This document shows, piece by piece, positions 9,765 through 19,622 of a stretch of 64,000 nt of DNA. Position numbers and translations under genes: made by a program. This DNA comes from a virus. The notes beneath the pieces were generated by a model that was not told the origin of the DNA, searched no databases, and saw nothing but the letters and a program-made list of their open reading frames with translations. The stretch is taken from the IMG/VR virus record IMGVR_UViG_3300021957_000009, positions 37,047-101,046 of that record; one strand, given 5' to 3'. Each line of letters begins with the position of its first letter. The first letter of the stretch is position 1.

Positions 9765-9905
9765 TTATTCGTTAAAATCTAGCTCATCTAGATCTTCGTC
9801 CTGTTTCTCACCACACATTGGACAAAATAAAACTATTTCGTCGTCTTCGTGGCCTATTATACTTTTATTATAACAATAATCACAATTGACGACTGTTCGT
9901 TTCAT
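9765..9905 (-). CDS. Small zinc-ribbon protein (46 aa), not in ORF track
   Basis: Manual translation MKRTVVNCDYC...FCPMCGE with acidic tail. Confidence 0.75.
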   Translation of the reverse strand: MKRTVVNCDYCYNKSIIGHEDDEIVLFCPMCGEKQDEDLDELDFNE

Positions 9906-9908
9906 ATT

Positions 9909-10130
9909 TTATCCTAGTAGTTGTTTTAAGTTATCGTACCCACCAATCTTTTCTTCATTTACTATAATCTGCGGAAACGTTCTTGCATTTGGAAATGTAT
10001 CTAACATTTCGTTTCTACTAAAATCTATTCCGTAATGTTTATAGGTATATTCTAAACCTTTTAGTTCACATAAATTTTTAGCCATCACACAAAACGGGCA
10101 TGGCTCTTTACCCCAAATTTCTATATTCAA
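9909..10130 (-). CDS. nrdC: Glutaredoxin
   Basis: CPFC, TFPQI, IGGY motifs; downstream of nrdB. Confidence 0.9.
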   Translation of the reverse strand: MNIEIWGKEPCPFCVMAKNLCELKGLEYTYKHYGIDFSRNEMLDTFPNARTFPQIIVNEEKIGGYDNLKQLLG

Positions 10131-10321
10131 TTCACTACTCCATTAATTGTCCAAAATGATAATAACATAAAGCCAAATACAGCAACTTGAATTACTGCAG
10201 CCCAAAATATCTGTCTCATTGGATGTATTTCTGTTAATTTTTCTATCCACGATTCACTCGGTGATAGGTTTACTACTTGTAAAACTTTTTCCGGTTTTGT
10301 AAACCATGGTACATGTATCAT
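10127..10321 (-). CDS. Small membrane protein
   Basis: C-terminal hydrophobic segment; overlapping start/stop with neighbours. Confidence 0.65.
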   Translation of the reverse strand: MIHVPWFTKPEKVLQVVNLSPSESWIEKLTEIHPMRQIFWAAVIQVAVFGFMLLSFWTINGVVN

Positions 10322-11391
10322 AGACTTAAACCGGCTAATGCGTTACTATCTATATCCTGCTTTACGCCACCGATTACATATGAACTAATTTCAGTTTCTT
10401 GTGGAGCAACTTGTACGTTACCTCCGCCAATCCATTTTTCAGTCCATGGTAATGGATTTGCCTGTGGAGTTACATAAGGGCAAGGTAATCCAATTGCTCT
10501 CATTCTTTTACAACCAATCCACTCGATATAATCACTTAATATCTTCTCATTTAGTCCAATCATTGAACCGTTCTGAAATAGATATTTAGCCCATTCTTTT
10601 TCTTGATTAATTACCTCTTCATATAAAGCAATTGATTCTGCTTCTAATTCTTTTGCAATCTTTTCAAAATCTTTATCTTCTTTCTTAAGAAGTTTTAGCA
10701 TAGTAGTAGTTGATGCTAAGTGTACATTTTCGTCACGAGCAATCAATTTAATAATCTTCGCATTACCTTCCATCTTTTTAAGTTCAGCAAATGCCCATGA
10801 ACACGCAAATGATACATAGAATCTTACACCTTCTAATGCATTAGCACTCATCATAGCCATCCAAATTGCTCGCTTATGATCCATTTTATTTGTCGGACCA
10901 TGATTCGCATCAATCAAATCATCATAGTATTTACCAATAGACTTACCACAATCCATAATATTCTTTTGTGATAATAAATCATCAAATACAAAAGATGGAT
11001 CTGGATAGATATTACGAATAATATGTGTGTATGATCTACTGTGAATTGTTTCAGAGAATGACCAGGTTTCAATCCAGTTCTCTACTTCAGGTAGTGATAC
11101 TATAGGTAGAAATGCTAAGTTAGGCGCACGTCCTTGCACACTATCAAGTAGAATTTGTCTTTTTAAATTGCTCGTAAAAATGTGTTGTTCATTTTCTGTA
11201 AGAGCATTAAAATCCTTTTTGTCTTTTGATACATCAACTTCTTCAGGTCTCCAAAAGAAACCTAATTGTTTATCTGTGATTTTATCCATCTGTGGATATT
11301 TTACTTCATCATATCGCTGAATATCAACCGCTTCATCAAGAAACATATTTTTCAGTAAGTGCGATTTTTTATTCTTCTTCAATACAGCCAT
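10318..11391 (-). CDS. nrdB: Ribonucleotide reductase class Ia beta subunit
   Basis: FFWRPEE, ETIHSRSY, EGVRFYVSF, RDENVH, VAPQETEISSY. Confidence 0.97.
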   Translation of the reverse strand: MAVLKKNKKSHLLKNMFLDEAVDIQRYDEVKYPQMDKITDKQLGFFWRPEEVDVSKDKKDFNALTENEQHIFTSNLKRQILLDSVQGRAPNLAFLPIVSLPEVENWIETWSFSETIHSRSYTHIIRNIYPDPSFVFDDLLSQKNIMDCGKSIGKYYDDLIDANHGPTNKMDHKRAIWMAMMSANALEGVRFYVSFACSWAFAELKKMEGNAKIIKLIARDENVHLASTTTMLKLLKKEDKDFEKIAKELEAESIALYEEVINQEKEWAKYLFQNGSMIGLNEKILSDYIEWIGCKRMRAIGLPCPYVTPQANPLPWTEKWIGGGNVQVAPQETEISSYVIGGVKQDIDSNALAGLSL

Positions 11392-11542
11392 TCATTTTTC
11401 CTTGTTTTCTAAATCGTTTATTATAACCTTTCTTAATACTCTTTGTAACACCAGGGCTCGTCAAGTACTTATACCACTTTCTTGCCGGAGTAAGAGCATC
11501 AAACTCGTCACCGCCTTTTAAAGGTATTCTTTTTTTCTTCAT
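11369..11542 (-). CDS. Small basic protein (57 aa, MKKKRIPLKGGDEFDAL...), not in ORF track
   Basis: Manual translation; fills nrdA-nrdB gap with ATGA overlap. Confidence 0.65.
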   Translation of the reverse strand: MKKKRIPLKGGDEFDALTPARKWYKYLTSPGVTKSIKKGYNKRFRKQGKMNGCIEEE

Positions 11543-13854
11543 ATCTTACATGATTCACAATCATCTTCGTCCTCGTATTGTGAACTCTCTCCGTCATATG
11601 CGTGATGTGTTGTTTCGTCGACCATTTCTCCAGCACCATCAAAAGTGTTAAAGTAGTACAACTGCTTTAGACCGTATTTGTAAGACGTTACAAGATCAGT
11701 CAACATTACAGACATTGGTATCTTATTATCCTCATAGTGTTCTGGATTATAAGAAGTATTTACACTAATGCCTTGATCTATGTATTTTTGGAGAATAGCA
11801 CAGATCTTAAGATAACCATCAGGAGATTTTTGATCCCACAATAAGTCATACTTATTTTTTAAGTGATGATAGCCAGGAACAACCTGTGCCATCACACCAT
11901 CTTTCGACTGTTTGTAACTAACTAATGCTCGAGGTGGTTCAATACCATTCGTGCTATTAGAAATTTGAGCGCTTGTTTCCGCTGGCATAAGTGCCATGAG
12001 TGTGGAATTTCGAGTACCTGTTTCTTTGAGTTTCTCACGAAGCTCGTTCCACGGTAGTCTTTCCGTATGCTCTATTAAATTATCTAGCTCTCGTTTATAT
12101 GTATCAATTGGGAGAACTCCACCGGCATATTTTGTATCATTTTTTAAGTTTATTTCACCTTTTTCTACTGCTAATTTCTGTGAAGCTTCGATTAAGTAAT
12201 ATGACCATGCCTCTGCATATTCATCTACTGTTTCAAAGGCTCCTTCGTCATATTTAAGACCACGTTTGGCCAAAAAGTATGCTAGGTTAATAATACCAAT
12301 ACCCAGCGGTCTACGATTCATAGTCCCAACTTCAGCTGCGCGTACAGGGTAAGACTGATAATCAAGCAACTCATCCAAAGCACGAACAGAAAGATCGCAA
12401 TATTTTTTAAAGTCTTTGGGTTCATTGATTAATCCCCAATTGATTGCTGATAGTGTACATAGAGATATTTCACCTTCATCTGGATTGTCTGATAATGGAC
12501 TTGTTGGTAGATCAATTTCACAACATAGATTGCTCATACGTATTGGAGCTTTTTTTGCAATAAAAGAACCGTGATCATTTGCATGATCTACATTCATAGT
12601 ATATATTCGGCCTGTATCTTTTCGTTGTTGCATTAGAGTTGAGAATACTTCTGTTGCTGGTAAAGTCTTTTTACGAACAGAATATGCCCTTTCATATTTT
12701 TCATACAGTTCTCTAAATTTATCTTGATCGTCAAAGAACGACTCATATAACCCTGGAACATCATTAGGATCAAAGAAGGTTATATTACCACCAGTCAACA
12801 GTCTTTCATACATCAGCTTATTTAGCTGGAATGCATAGTCCATATGGCGAACACGATTTTCTTCAATGCCTTTATTGTTTTTAAGTACTACTAGATCTTC
12901 AAATTCATAATGCCATATAGGTAGATATACTGTTGCTGCACCACCGCGGACACCACCTTGTGAACAAGATTTTACCGCAGCTTGGAAATATTTTAAGAAT
13001 GGTATTAATCCAGTATGTACAACTGAACCATCACCAACTCTTGCGCCCTCGCCACGAATAGATCCAACTCCAATACCAATACCAGCTTTTTTACTAATAT
13101 ATTTTACGATGGAAGTTGCAGTAGCATTAATAGAATCGAGACTATCGCCAGATTCGATAAGCACACAACTTGAAAACTGACGGGTTGGAGTACGTACTCC
13201 TGCCATAATTGGTGTAGGTAACGAGATATAGAATAAAGAAATTGCATCATAATAGTCCTTCACGTATTTCATACGAGTTTCTGGTGGGTAATTAGAAAAC
13301 AGCGTTGCAGATATCATCATGTACAATATCTGAGGAGTTTCGTAATGTTGCTTTGTTTTACGATCTTGTACTAAGTACTTACCTCTAAACTGTTCCATGC
13401 CAGCATAAGTGAAGGTATCATCACGATCGTGTTTAATATATGCATCTAGCTCGTCAATTTCATCGCGGTTATATAACTTCATGATATTGCCGTCATAAAC
13501 TTCTCTATCGACATTATCGATAATAACACGAGCTAATGAATGCGGTTTAAAATCACCATATACTTCTTTACGAAGCTTATATGAAACTAATCGAGCTGCT
13601 ACAAATTGGTAATTAGGAGTGTGCTCAGAGATTAATTCTGCCGCTGATTTAATAAGAAGCTCATGTATATCATAAGCAGGTATTTTGTCGTACAGTTGTA
13701 TATTCGCTTTAAGCTCGATCTCAGAGATTGATACTCCGGATATATCGGCTGTGGCCCATTCTAAAACTTTGTGTACTTTCTCTAAGTCAAAGTCTTGTGA
13801 TGTTCCGTCGCGCTTGGTTACGTGCATCGTCATAAGTGGTTGTCCATCATTCAT
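11539..13854 (-). CDS. nrdA: Ribonucleotide reductase class Ia alpha subunit with ATP cone
   Basis: VTKRDG cone, QFSSC, SNLCCEI, LYYFNT, C-terminal CESC. Confidence 0.97.
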   Translation of the reverse strand: MNDGQPLMTMHVTKRDGTSQDFDLEKVHKVLEWATADISGVSISEIELKANIQLYDKIPAYDIHELLIKSAAELISEHTPNYQFVAARLVSYKLRKEVYGDFKPHSLARVIIDNVDREVYDGNIMKLYNRDEIDELDAYIKHDRDDTFTYAGMEQFRGKYLVQDRKTKQHYETPQILYMMISATLFSNYPPETRMKYVKDYYDAISLFYISLPTPIMAGVRTPTRQFSSCVLIESGDSLDSINATATSIVKYISKKAGIGIGVGSIRGEGARVGDGSVVHTGLIPFLKYFQAAVKSCSQGGVRGGAATVYLPIWHYEFEDLVVLKNNKGIEENRVRHMDYAFQLNKLMYERLLTGGNITFFDPNDVPGLYESFFDDQDKFRELYEKYERAYSVRKKTLPATEVFSTLMQQRKDTGRIYTMNVDHANDHGSFIAKKAPIRMSNLCCEIDLPTSPLSDNPDEGEISLCTLSAINWGLINEPKDFKKYCDLSVRALDELLDYQSYPVRAAEVGTMNRRPLGIGIINLAYFLAKRGLKYDEGAFETVDEYAEAWSYYLIEASQKLAVEKGEINLKNDTKYAGGVLPIDTYKRELDNLIEHTERLPWNELREKLKETGTRNSTLMALMPAETSAQISNSTNGIEPPRALVSYKQSKDGVMAQVVPGYHHLKNKYDLLWDQKSPDGYLKICAILQKYIDQGISVNTSYNPEHYEDNKIPMSVMLTDLVTSYKYGLKQLYYFNTFDGAGEMVDETTHHAYDGESSQYEDEDDCESCKI

Positions 13855-13882
13855 AGTCAGTTAATTAATTAATAATATATAT

Positions 13883-13911
13883 ATTATAACACAAAACCTA
13901 GGTTTTGTACA
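13883..13911 (-). promoter_or_regulatory. Early promoter TGTACA-N17-TATAAT (nrdA)
   Basis: Exact motif. Confidence 0.8.
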
Positions 13912-13914
13912 TGG

Positions 13915-14232
13915 TTATTTTTTCTTTTTTTCGAGTTTCTCGATTCGTGCGATGAGTTCTGGGTATACTTCGAACTCGTGTAGTTCCTTGCAAGGATGTG
14001 AACACTTTTCAACTTCATCTAATCTCTGCGCAGCAAGGGGATACTGCTTTCTAAACTTAGCGTCTTTCTTAGCAAGTTCAAGGTCGTACTTTTCTGCAAA
14101 GTGTTGCATAAATCTGTCTACTTGTTTTTGAAACCAAATGCCGCCAGTTGTGCCCTGAAACCAGTTATAGAATGATGATCCTATAACTGAACTAAGAATA
14201 GATTTTAATGATAGTATGAGTAGAAAGTACAT
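13915..14232 (-). CDS. Hypothetical protein with hydrophobic N-terminus
   Basis: ORF coupled to lipase stop. Confidence 0.65.
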   Translation of the reverse strand: MYFLLILSLKSILSSVIGSSFYNWFQGTTGGIWFQKQVDRFMQHFAEKYDLELAKKDAKFRKQYPLAAQRLDEVEKCSHPCKELHEFEVYPELIARIEKLEKKKK

Positions 14233-14984
14233 TACTTTTCCTTAGCAAGCTTTTTAATAGCTTTAACGTAGTTAGGCATTCCATGATCTACAACTCCATC
14301 AAAGAATTTCCATCTTTTCCAAGAGTTAAGAATACCATAGAATGTATCAGTCCAAGTTGGCTTAAGTTGCTTATCACCAAATCTATTAAAGTAAATCATT
14401 TGACCGTGATGTCTAAATCCTAACCATGCAGGTGGGATTCTACATACGATATCGTTATTATTCATAAATCTATAATGATCTGCATTTATGTTTTTGATGA
14501 AGTGTTTACCACCGACTCTTGGTGAACCGAATGTAAATAACTCTTCTGGAGTATAACGAGTTGTAGCAATAGTGGCCATAGCTGCACCTAAAGAATGTCC
14601 AGTAAAGTATACGTCTTTTCTTACTTTTAACTGGTCATTATGATCAAGTTCTTTTACAATGTCCATCCATACGTCATCGACTTCTTCTTGGAATCCACCG
14701 TGAACTTTACCACCGGCTTTTGCAGTGTTTTTAATCACCTTTAAATCTGCTAATACATCATTTAGCTTAGAAGGTTCTGTTCCTCTAAAAGCAAACCATA
14801 GATCATTTCTATCCTTTGCGATGAGTACTTCAGCACCATCTCTACTAATAATTTTACCTGACGCAAATCCTAATTTTTTACAGGCAGTGTCAGCCGGCTT
14901 AGGATTCATATAGGCAATTGCTGATAGCTTTGCTGCTACTTCTGCTCTTTCCCATACCGTCATATCATCTTTCATTCTACTCAT
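14232..14984 (-). CDS. Class 3 lipase (alpha/beta hydrolase)
   Basis: AFRGTE, VHGGF, GHSLG, FGSPRVG, DIV, DH motifs. Confidence 0.9.
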   Translation of the reverse strand: MSRMKDDMTVWERAEVAAKLSAIAYMNPKPADTACKKLGFASGKIISRDGAEVLIAKDRNDLWFAFRGTEPSKLNDVLADLKVIKNTAKAGGKVHGGFQEEVDDVWMDIVKELDHNDQLKVRKDVYFTGHSLGAAMATIATTRYTPEELFTFGSPRVGGKHFIKNINADHYRFMNNNDIVCRIPPAWLGFRHHGQMIYFNRFGDKQLKPTWTDTFYGILNSWKRWKFFDGVVDHGMPNYVKAIKKLAKEK

Positions 14985-15474
14985 TTTCTTTCTCCACTTT
15001 AATTTCCACTGCTCCGCCATCTTCATCATTTATTGTCACGTTCCTATAGTAAACTATCACCTCACCGAGCTGATTAATATATCTTTTTATTTCTTGCGTA
15101 TTATAAGACATTAGCTCATAATCAGCAACACTCATGGCAACAAAAACAATATCGCCTCCGTGTTTCTTTTTAATATCATCGATAAATCTATCGAGATATG
15201 TATACCCTTCAGGGTACAAATCTTCTCTACCTAATTTACAGTTTGATTTTTTAGTTTCAGGATCCTTAAGACAATTCTCAATTATTTTTGTATCTGAAAC
15301 TACATACCATTTAGGTTCTTTTAAATCAATTGCTCTTGGCATCACAGGCTGAACAATATCTATTTTTACTGGTTTTGTTATAATCTCAACTTCTCTTGGA
15401 GCCTGCTGTAATAGACTACAACCACTAATCGTTAAGAGAGCTAATACGCTGACTATCTGCTTCAATCGCATCAA
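14977..15474 (-). CDS. Putative outer-membrane spanin (Rz1-like lipoprotein)
   Basis: Signal peptide with ISGC lipobox, Pro-containing linker, C-terminal helix; overlaps i-spanin candidate. Confidence 0.65.
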   Translation of the reverse strand: MMRLKQIVSVLALLTISGCSLLQQAPREVEIITKPVKIDIVQPVMPRAIDLKEPKWYVVSDTKIIENCLKDPETKKSNCKLGREDLYPEGYTYLDRFIDDIKKKHGGDIVFVAMSVADYELMSYNTQEIKRYINQLGEVIVYYRNVTINDEDGGAVEIKVEKENE

Positions 15475-15817
15475 AGACCTCCTTCGTTTGAGCGTTTGCT
15501 CGGGTTTCTATCATACCAGGTTTTGCACTAGCAAGTTTAGCAATATTATGTCTTCTAAATATATCTAGATAATCTGCCATTTGTGTTTCGTATTGTTGAT
15601 TTTGTACTTGTAAACCACTCAAGGCTTGAGTGGTTTGTGCTAGGTTATTTTGAACTGCTTCAATAGTAGCTTTTTGTTCTTGATCTCTTAGATCTTGCGC
15701 TAAGATAACTTTAGTTTGTTCTTCGAGTTTGTTTTTCATAGGAACAACTGAGAACTGATAATACATCATTCCGGATAAACCCATAGCAACAATAATTCCA
15801 ATCAACAATTTACTCAT
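15425..15817 (-). CDS. Putative inner-membrane spanin (Rz-like)
   Basis: N-terminal TM, long coiled coil, AKPGMIE motif. Confidence 0.65.
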   Translation of the reverse strand: MSKLLIGIIVAMGLSGMMYYQFSVVPMKNKLEEQTKVILAQDLRDQEQKATIEAVQNNLAQTTQALSGLQVQNQQYETQMADYLDIFRRHNIAKLASAKPGMIETRANAQTKEVFDAIEADSQRISSLND

Positions 15818-15818
15818 A

Positions 15819-16127
15819 CTACAATCTTTCTATATCTACACCAAGAACTTTTAATACTACTTTACGTATTTTTTTATCATCTGTTCCCCAATGTTTACTG
15901 TATGAGTTAAACCTAATAGAATCTCTCCTAATATCTAAATCTTTACCATTAACATCATATCCGGCCTGTTTAAATGCCTTTTCAACGTCATATCCGTGTG
16001 CGCCATTTCTAAGCTTAAGTTCCATACCACCGGATCTCCAGTACCTAAAGTCATTTTTACTAAACTTATAAGCTTCGGTAATCTCTTCTTTAGACAGTTC
16101 TTCTTTTAATTGTTCAAACGTTTTCAT
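15819..16127 (-). CDS. Putative internal head protein (CTS-like start)
   Basis: MKTFEQLKE...ITE|A. Confidence 0.65.
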   Translation of the reverse strand: MKTFEQLKEELSKEEITEAYKFSKNDFRYWRSGGMELKLRNGAHGYDVEKAFKQAGYDVNGKDLDIRRDSIRFNSYSKHWGTDDKKIRKVVLKVLGVDIERL

Positions 16128-16129
16128 AG

Positions 16130-16540
16130 TTATTCCTTTATCTTATACTTTTTAATAAGTATTTCTTTAGCCTGATGCATCGCCATATTTGCAGCATCTG
16201 TATTCTTTATTGTATCAAAGATGATATCGCCGCCACCGTAATCAAAGAACCTTTCAACATCTCTTAGACTTTTAATTCTGTCTTTCTTAAAAGCTTTTTC
16301 AAGAGAAGGCATAACCTTTTTTACATCAGAGTTTACACTTTCTTTAACTTCTTTTTTAGCCTCAGCAGCTTTTCTTCTGTTTAAAATTCTTTCAACGAAT
16401 CGTCTTCCGGCTTTAGTTCTACCATCATAGACTGTTTTGCTTTTCTTTTTCTTATCGTGCACTGCATCAGATGGCATTGATACACCACCAGCTCCTACTG
16501 AATTAGCTGCGTCTTCCCATACATCTTTAAATGTTTTCAT
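16130..16540 (-). CDS. Putative internal head protein (CTS-like start)
   Basis: MKTFKDVWE|D; DGRTK motif. Confidence 0.65.
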   Translation of the reverse strand: MKTFKDVWEDAANSVGAGGVSMPSDAVHDKKKKSKTVYDGRTKAGRRFVERILNRRKAAEAKKEVKESVNSDVKKVMPSLEKAFKKDRIKSLRDVERFFDYGGGDIIFDTIKNTDAANMAMHQAKEILIKKYKIKE

Positions 16541-17133
16541 CTTTTTATATCCGCACTCGTTATGAGTATTTGTTGTTTAGTTAAAACATGTTCTACTTGA
16601 TACACGTTTAAACCAAAAATAGAACCGCTAGGTTCTGTAAAATCTAGTACGCTTACCATACTATTTATATGTGCAATCACTTCAGCCGTTTGTGGAGATG
16701 CAATATCTTGCACTAATTTATATTTCCCTGGAGCGAGTTTGTTATCTTTCTCAAACCATGCCGCGCTTTCAGACAAATCAATGTTTTCATCAAAGTCACC
16801 AAATATATCATTCAGCATTGTTTGTAGCTCAACGTCTTGTAATCCTGTTTCTTCTTTAACTAAAAATAAAGCAGAAGCGTATGTTGCTAGCTTAGTGCCT
16901 AATGTTCCAGGCACTTTATTCAACAATCTTTTAATGTTAAACACTAATCTATGGAAAATAGTAAAGGCCGATTTTTCCTGAGGTGTTTTACGGTCAACTT
17001 TTTTCTTAAGTATCTTTCCGTTTCCGTCAATGATACCAAGCCTATAAGCTTCCATATTTTCCCAAGGTGTTACTAATAGCTTTAGAAACCTAAAGGCATA
17101 GAATAAATCACCTGTTCTCGAGATTACTCCCAT
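16537..17133 (-). CDS. Conserved T4-like hypothetical protein
   Basis: YAFRFLKLLVTPW..AYRLGIID..GK and FHRLVFNIKRLL motifs. Confidence 0.75.
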   Translation of the reverse strand: MGVISRTGDLFYAFRFLKLLVTPWENMEAYRLGIIDGNGKILKKKVDRKTPQEKSAFTIFHRLVFNIKRLLNKVPGTLGTKLATYASALFLVKEETGLQDVELQTMLNDIFGDFDENIDLSESAAWFEKDNKLAPGKYKLVQDIASPQTAEVIAHINSMVSVLDFTEPSGSIFGLNVYQVEHVLTKQQILITSADIKR

Positions 17134-17504
17134 TAAATTTTCCTCAGTCTCTCTATTACGTTTGTGTCTAAAGGTATTTCAACCTTATAATCTTCTGGCA
17201 AATAATTTAAGAAAACTAAAAATGTCTTTAGTTGAGAATAATGCTCGGGTTCTATTTTAAACCACATCATTCTGTTAGCAGCTTTAATACCAAATACATT
17301 ATACAAAACTATAATGTGGTTTAATATAAGCCTTTCTTGCAAATCGCCGTGTTGTTCATAACGTCTAAGTAATCTTTTAAGATACTTAAACCTTGTTAAA
17401 TCTTCTTTGAACTCTTCGACCTCAATACATTCCGGGTTATTGTAATGTTGAGATGCGAAGAGTTCAAAGTTCCTACTAGTCAAAGTGTCAAATATTTTCA
17501 TCAT
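17133..17504 (-). CDS. Conserved T4-like hypothetical protein
   Basis: HYNNP..EEF.EDL.RFKYLKRL..LILNHIIVLYNVFG motif. Confidence 0.8.
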   Translation of the reverse strand: MMKIFDTLTSRNFELFASQHYNNPECIEVEEFKEDLTRFKYLKRLLRRYEQHGDLQERLILNHIIVLYNVFGIKAANRMMWFKIEPEHYSQLKTFLVFLNYLPEDYKVEIPLDTNVIERLRKI

Positions 17505-17525
17505 ATATTATCTATAAAAGATATT

Positions 17526-18698
17526 TTAGCTATATTCTTTCTGCAACTCTTTGAATGTTTTACCTTCAAATCCCATAAAGTCTTGGAAATATTTAACTAG
17601 AGCTTTTTCATCACCGGTAAATATACCAGCATCTGAACCCATCATTCCGTCACCTTTACCTTTTTTAAATGAAACTTTAATCTTCATCTTTTTAGCAGCT
17701 TTGTCACCACCAACGTTTTTCATTTCATCTGAGTCAAAAGATGTTCTGATTTGAGCTTCTGCAATAGTTTCTTCTTTAACTGATTCATCTTTATCACTTT
17801 CGTTATCAGCTTCATAGTTCTTATCAACGTAATCAAAGAATTCTTTCTTTTTATCGCCTTTAAGCTGAGCTGGAGAATCTACTCCAAATTTCTTAAGAGC
17901 AGACTTAAAGAATTTCTGATATCTTTCTTTATCTTCTTGCATCTTAGACTTAGCTTCGTTCATAGCGTGAGCTTCAGTTACTACTTCTTCAGTAACTTCT
18001 TCATTTGCCATTTGTAAAGCAGCTTTTACTTCTGGGTCGTCAGATAAACCTTTTTTCATCTTTTCGATTTTGTTAACAGCACCAGTCATATTACCACCCA
18101 TCTTTAATGCAGTGTCGGTAGCTTTTTTCAATAAAGCTTTTGAAAACTTAGACTTAGCTTCCATTAATTCTGGAAAAAAGTCTTCAATATCTTCTGGATC
18201 CATATCGTAATCTTTTGATTGCAGATACGCCAAAATGTCTTTCTTTTGACCAGAAATATCGTATCCATCTCTTGTTTGCTTAAACTTAATTTTGAATTTT
18301 TTTGATGCCGCAGGAATTCCATCACCTGTATGATCAACATCAATTTTAGCTTTACCTTTACCAGCTTTTAGTTTAGCTTCGTCAAGAGTAATGGTTACTT
18401 CTTCTTTAACCACAGAACCATCTTCTTTAGCGCCTGATTTTTTAACAGTATGCTTAGCTTTAAATTCTTTTTCGCCTTTTGCTTTTGGCTCAGCAACTTC
18501 GTCAACTTCAGGCTTTTCGTGTGTATAACCTTTATCAGCAAGTGCTTTATGTTCGGCTTCGTCTTTAGCTACTTCTTTTTTACCTGTTTCAGGATGGAAC
18601 ATATCGTGTGGATATTTTCCCTCTTCTTTTACTTTACCTTCAAGTACATCGCTAACGGTTTCAGCAATGCTTAAAGTTGTGTTATCTTTAAGTTTCAT
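17526..18698 (-). CDS. Lys/Glu-rich multi-module putative internal head protein
   Basis: Many [LIVM]xE|A junctions; internally repeated module. Confidence 0.65.
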   Translation of the reverse strand: MKLKDNTTLSIAETVSDVLEGKVKEEGKYPHDMFHPETGKKEVAKDEAEHKALADKGYTHEKPEVDEVAEPKAKGEKEFKAKHTVKKSGAKEDGSVVKEEVTITLDEAKLKAGKGKAKIDVDHTGDGIPAASKKFKIKFKQTRDGYDISGQKKDILAYLQSKDYDMDPEDIEDFFPELMEAKSKFSKALLKKATDTALKMGGNMTGAVNKIEKMKKGLSDDPEVKAALQMANEEVTEEVVTEAHAMNEAKSKMQEDKERYQKFFKSALKKFGVDSPAQLKGDKKKEFFDYVDKNYEADNESDKDESVKEETIAEAQIRTSFDSDEMKNVGGDKAAKKMKIKVSFKKGKGDGMMGSDAGIFTGDEKALVKYFQDFMGFEGKTFKELQKEYS

Positions 18699-18708
18699 AT
18701 TTTTTCTC

Positions 18709-19008
18709 CTAAGTTATGAAAAACATTCCTGTAATTGCTGTGGCTGCGCCTGCGATTACTATCCAGAATAATTTATTTATTACGTTTACAGTTTGTGCAT
18801 TCTCACGCACAAGTATTTCTAATCTATCAACTCTATTTATAAGAGTTAGTATCTGTTCTCCTTGTTGTTTACCGAATTCGGCCATTGTTGCAATTCTCTC
18901 TTCAGCTCTTGCTAATGAGATTATTACATCTGACATCCTATCGATTTTTTCTTCGATTCGATCAAGTCTTGCGGCTTGTTCTAATCTTTGCTCAGCTGCA
19001 CTAGCCAT
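18709..19008 (-). CDS. Coiled-coil protein with C-terminal TM helix
   Basis: RLDRIEEKID heptads, hydrophobic C-terminus; AGGA RBS. Confidence 0.7.
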   Translation of the reverse strand: MASAAEQRLEQAARLDRIEEKIDRMSDVIISLARAEERIATMAEFGKQQGEQILTLINRVDRLEILVRENAQTVNVINKLFWIVIAGAATAITGMFFIT

Positions 19009-19273
19009 AGTTACATATCCTACATTTAAGCGGGGTTGCACCCTTGATTAATCTATGATATTCTTCTTTCTTAATTCTGAACACCATACCTTTTTTGAGA
19101 AGCCACGGCAAACAATCCTGTAATTGAAACTGCCAGCCTTCGCCTTCTAAAATTTCTATTTCTCGGTCATCTTCATCACGATGCCATACGTATTCACGAT
19201 CTTCTTTCGAAAGATCGAATTCTCTTATCGCACCGTCTTCCCAGTACGGTTTACCAAAAGTAAGATCCACCAC
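19001..19273 (-). CDS. Small cupin-like protein (GTG start approximate)
   Basis: WHRD.DDR.IE and YHRLIKG motifs. Confidence 0.6.
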   Translation of the reverse strand: MVDLTFGKPYWEDGAIREFDLSKEDREYVWHRDEDDREIEILEGEGWQFQLQDCLPWLLKKGMVFRIKKEEYHRLIKGATPLKCRICNYG

Positions 19274-19622
19274 CTTTAAGCCCCAAGTCTTTGGCGTATT
19301 TAGGCAATCTACATGCCCAATACCCCGGTTTAGTTTTATCAGTCTTAGTATCACAATTATGACGTGATGCAAAATTCCTTGCTGCATCTCTATCATTAAT
19401 TTTAGATGTAAGGCCACCCTTTTCGTCACCAAATTCGATCTTTTTCACATTACCCGTTTTAGGATTTTTTACATAAACCACATACTTCTTTTTACCGCTA
19501 GATCGTTTCGGTTTATTTAACTCTTGATCTTCATCAATTTCAATCATAGGTTGTTCTAAAGGTACATGTTGACCTTCGTATAAACCAAATCTTTCTTCAA
19601 TGTGTTCTAAAAAACTATGCAT
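19251..19622 (-). CDS. Conserved phage protein with CTS-like start
   Basis: MHSFLEHIEE; KKYVVYVKNP..FGD..FASRHNC..GYWAC motif. Confidence 0.75.
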   Translation of the reverse strand: MHSFLEHIEERFGLYEGQHVPLEQPMIEIDEDQELNKPKRSSGKKKYVVYVKNPKTGNVKKIEFGDEKGGLTSKINDRDAARNFASRHNCDTKTDKTKPGYWACRLPKYAKDLGLKGGGSYFW

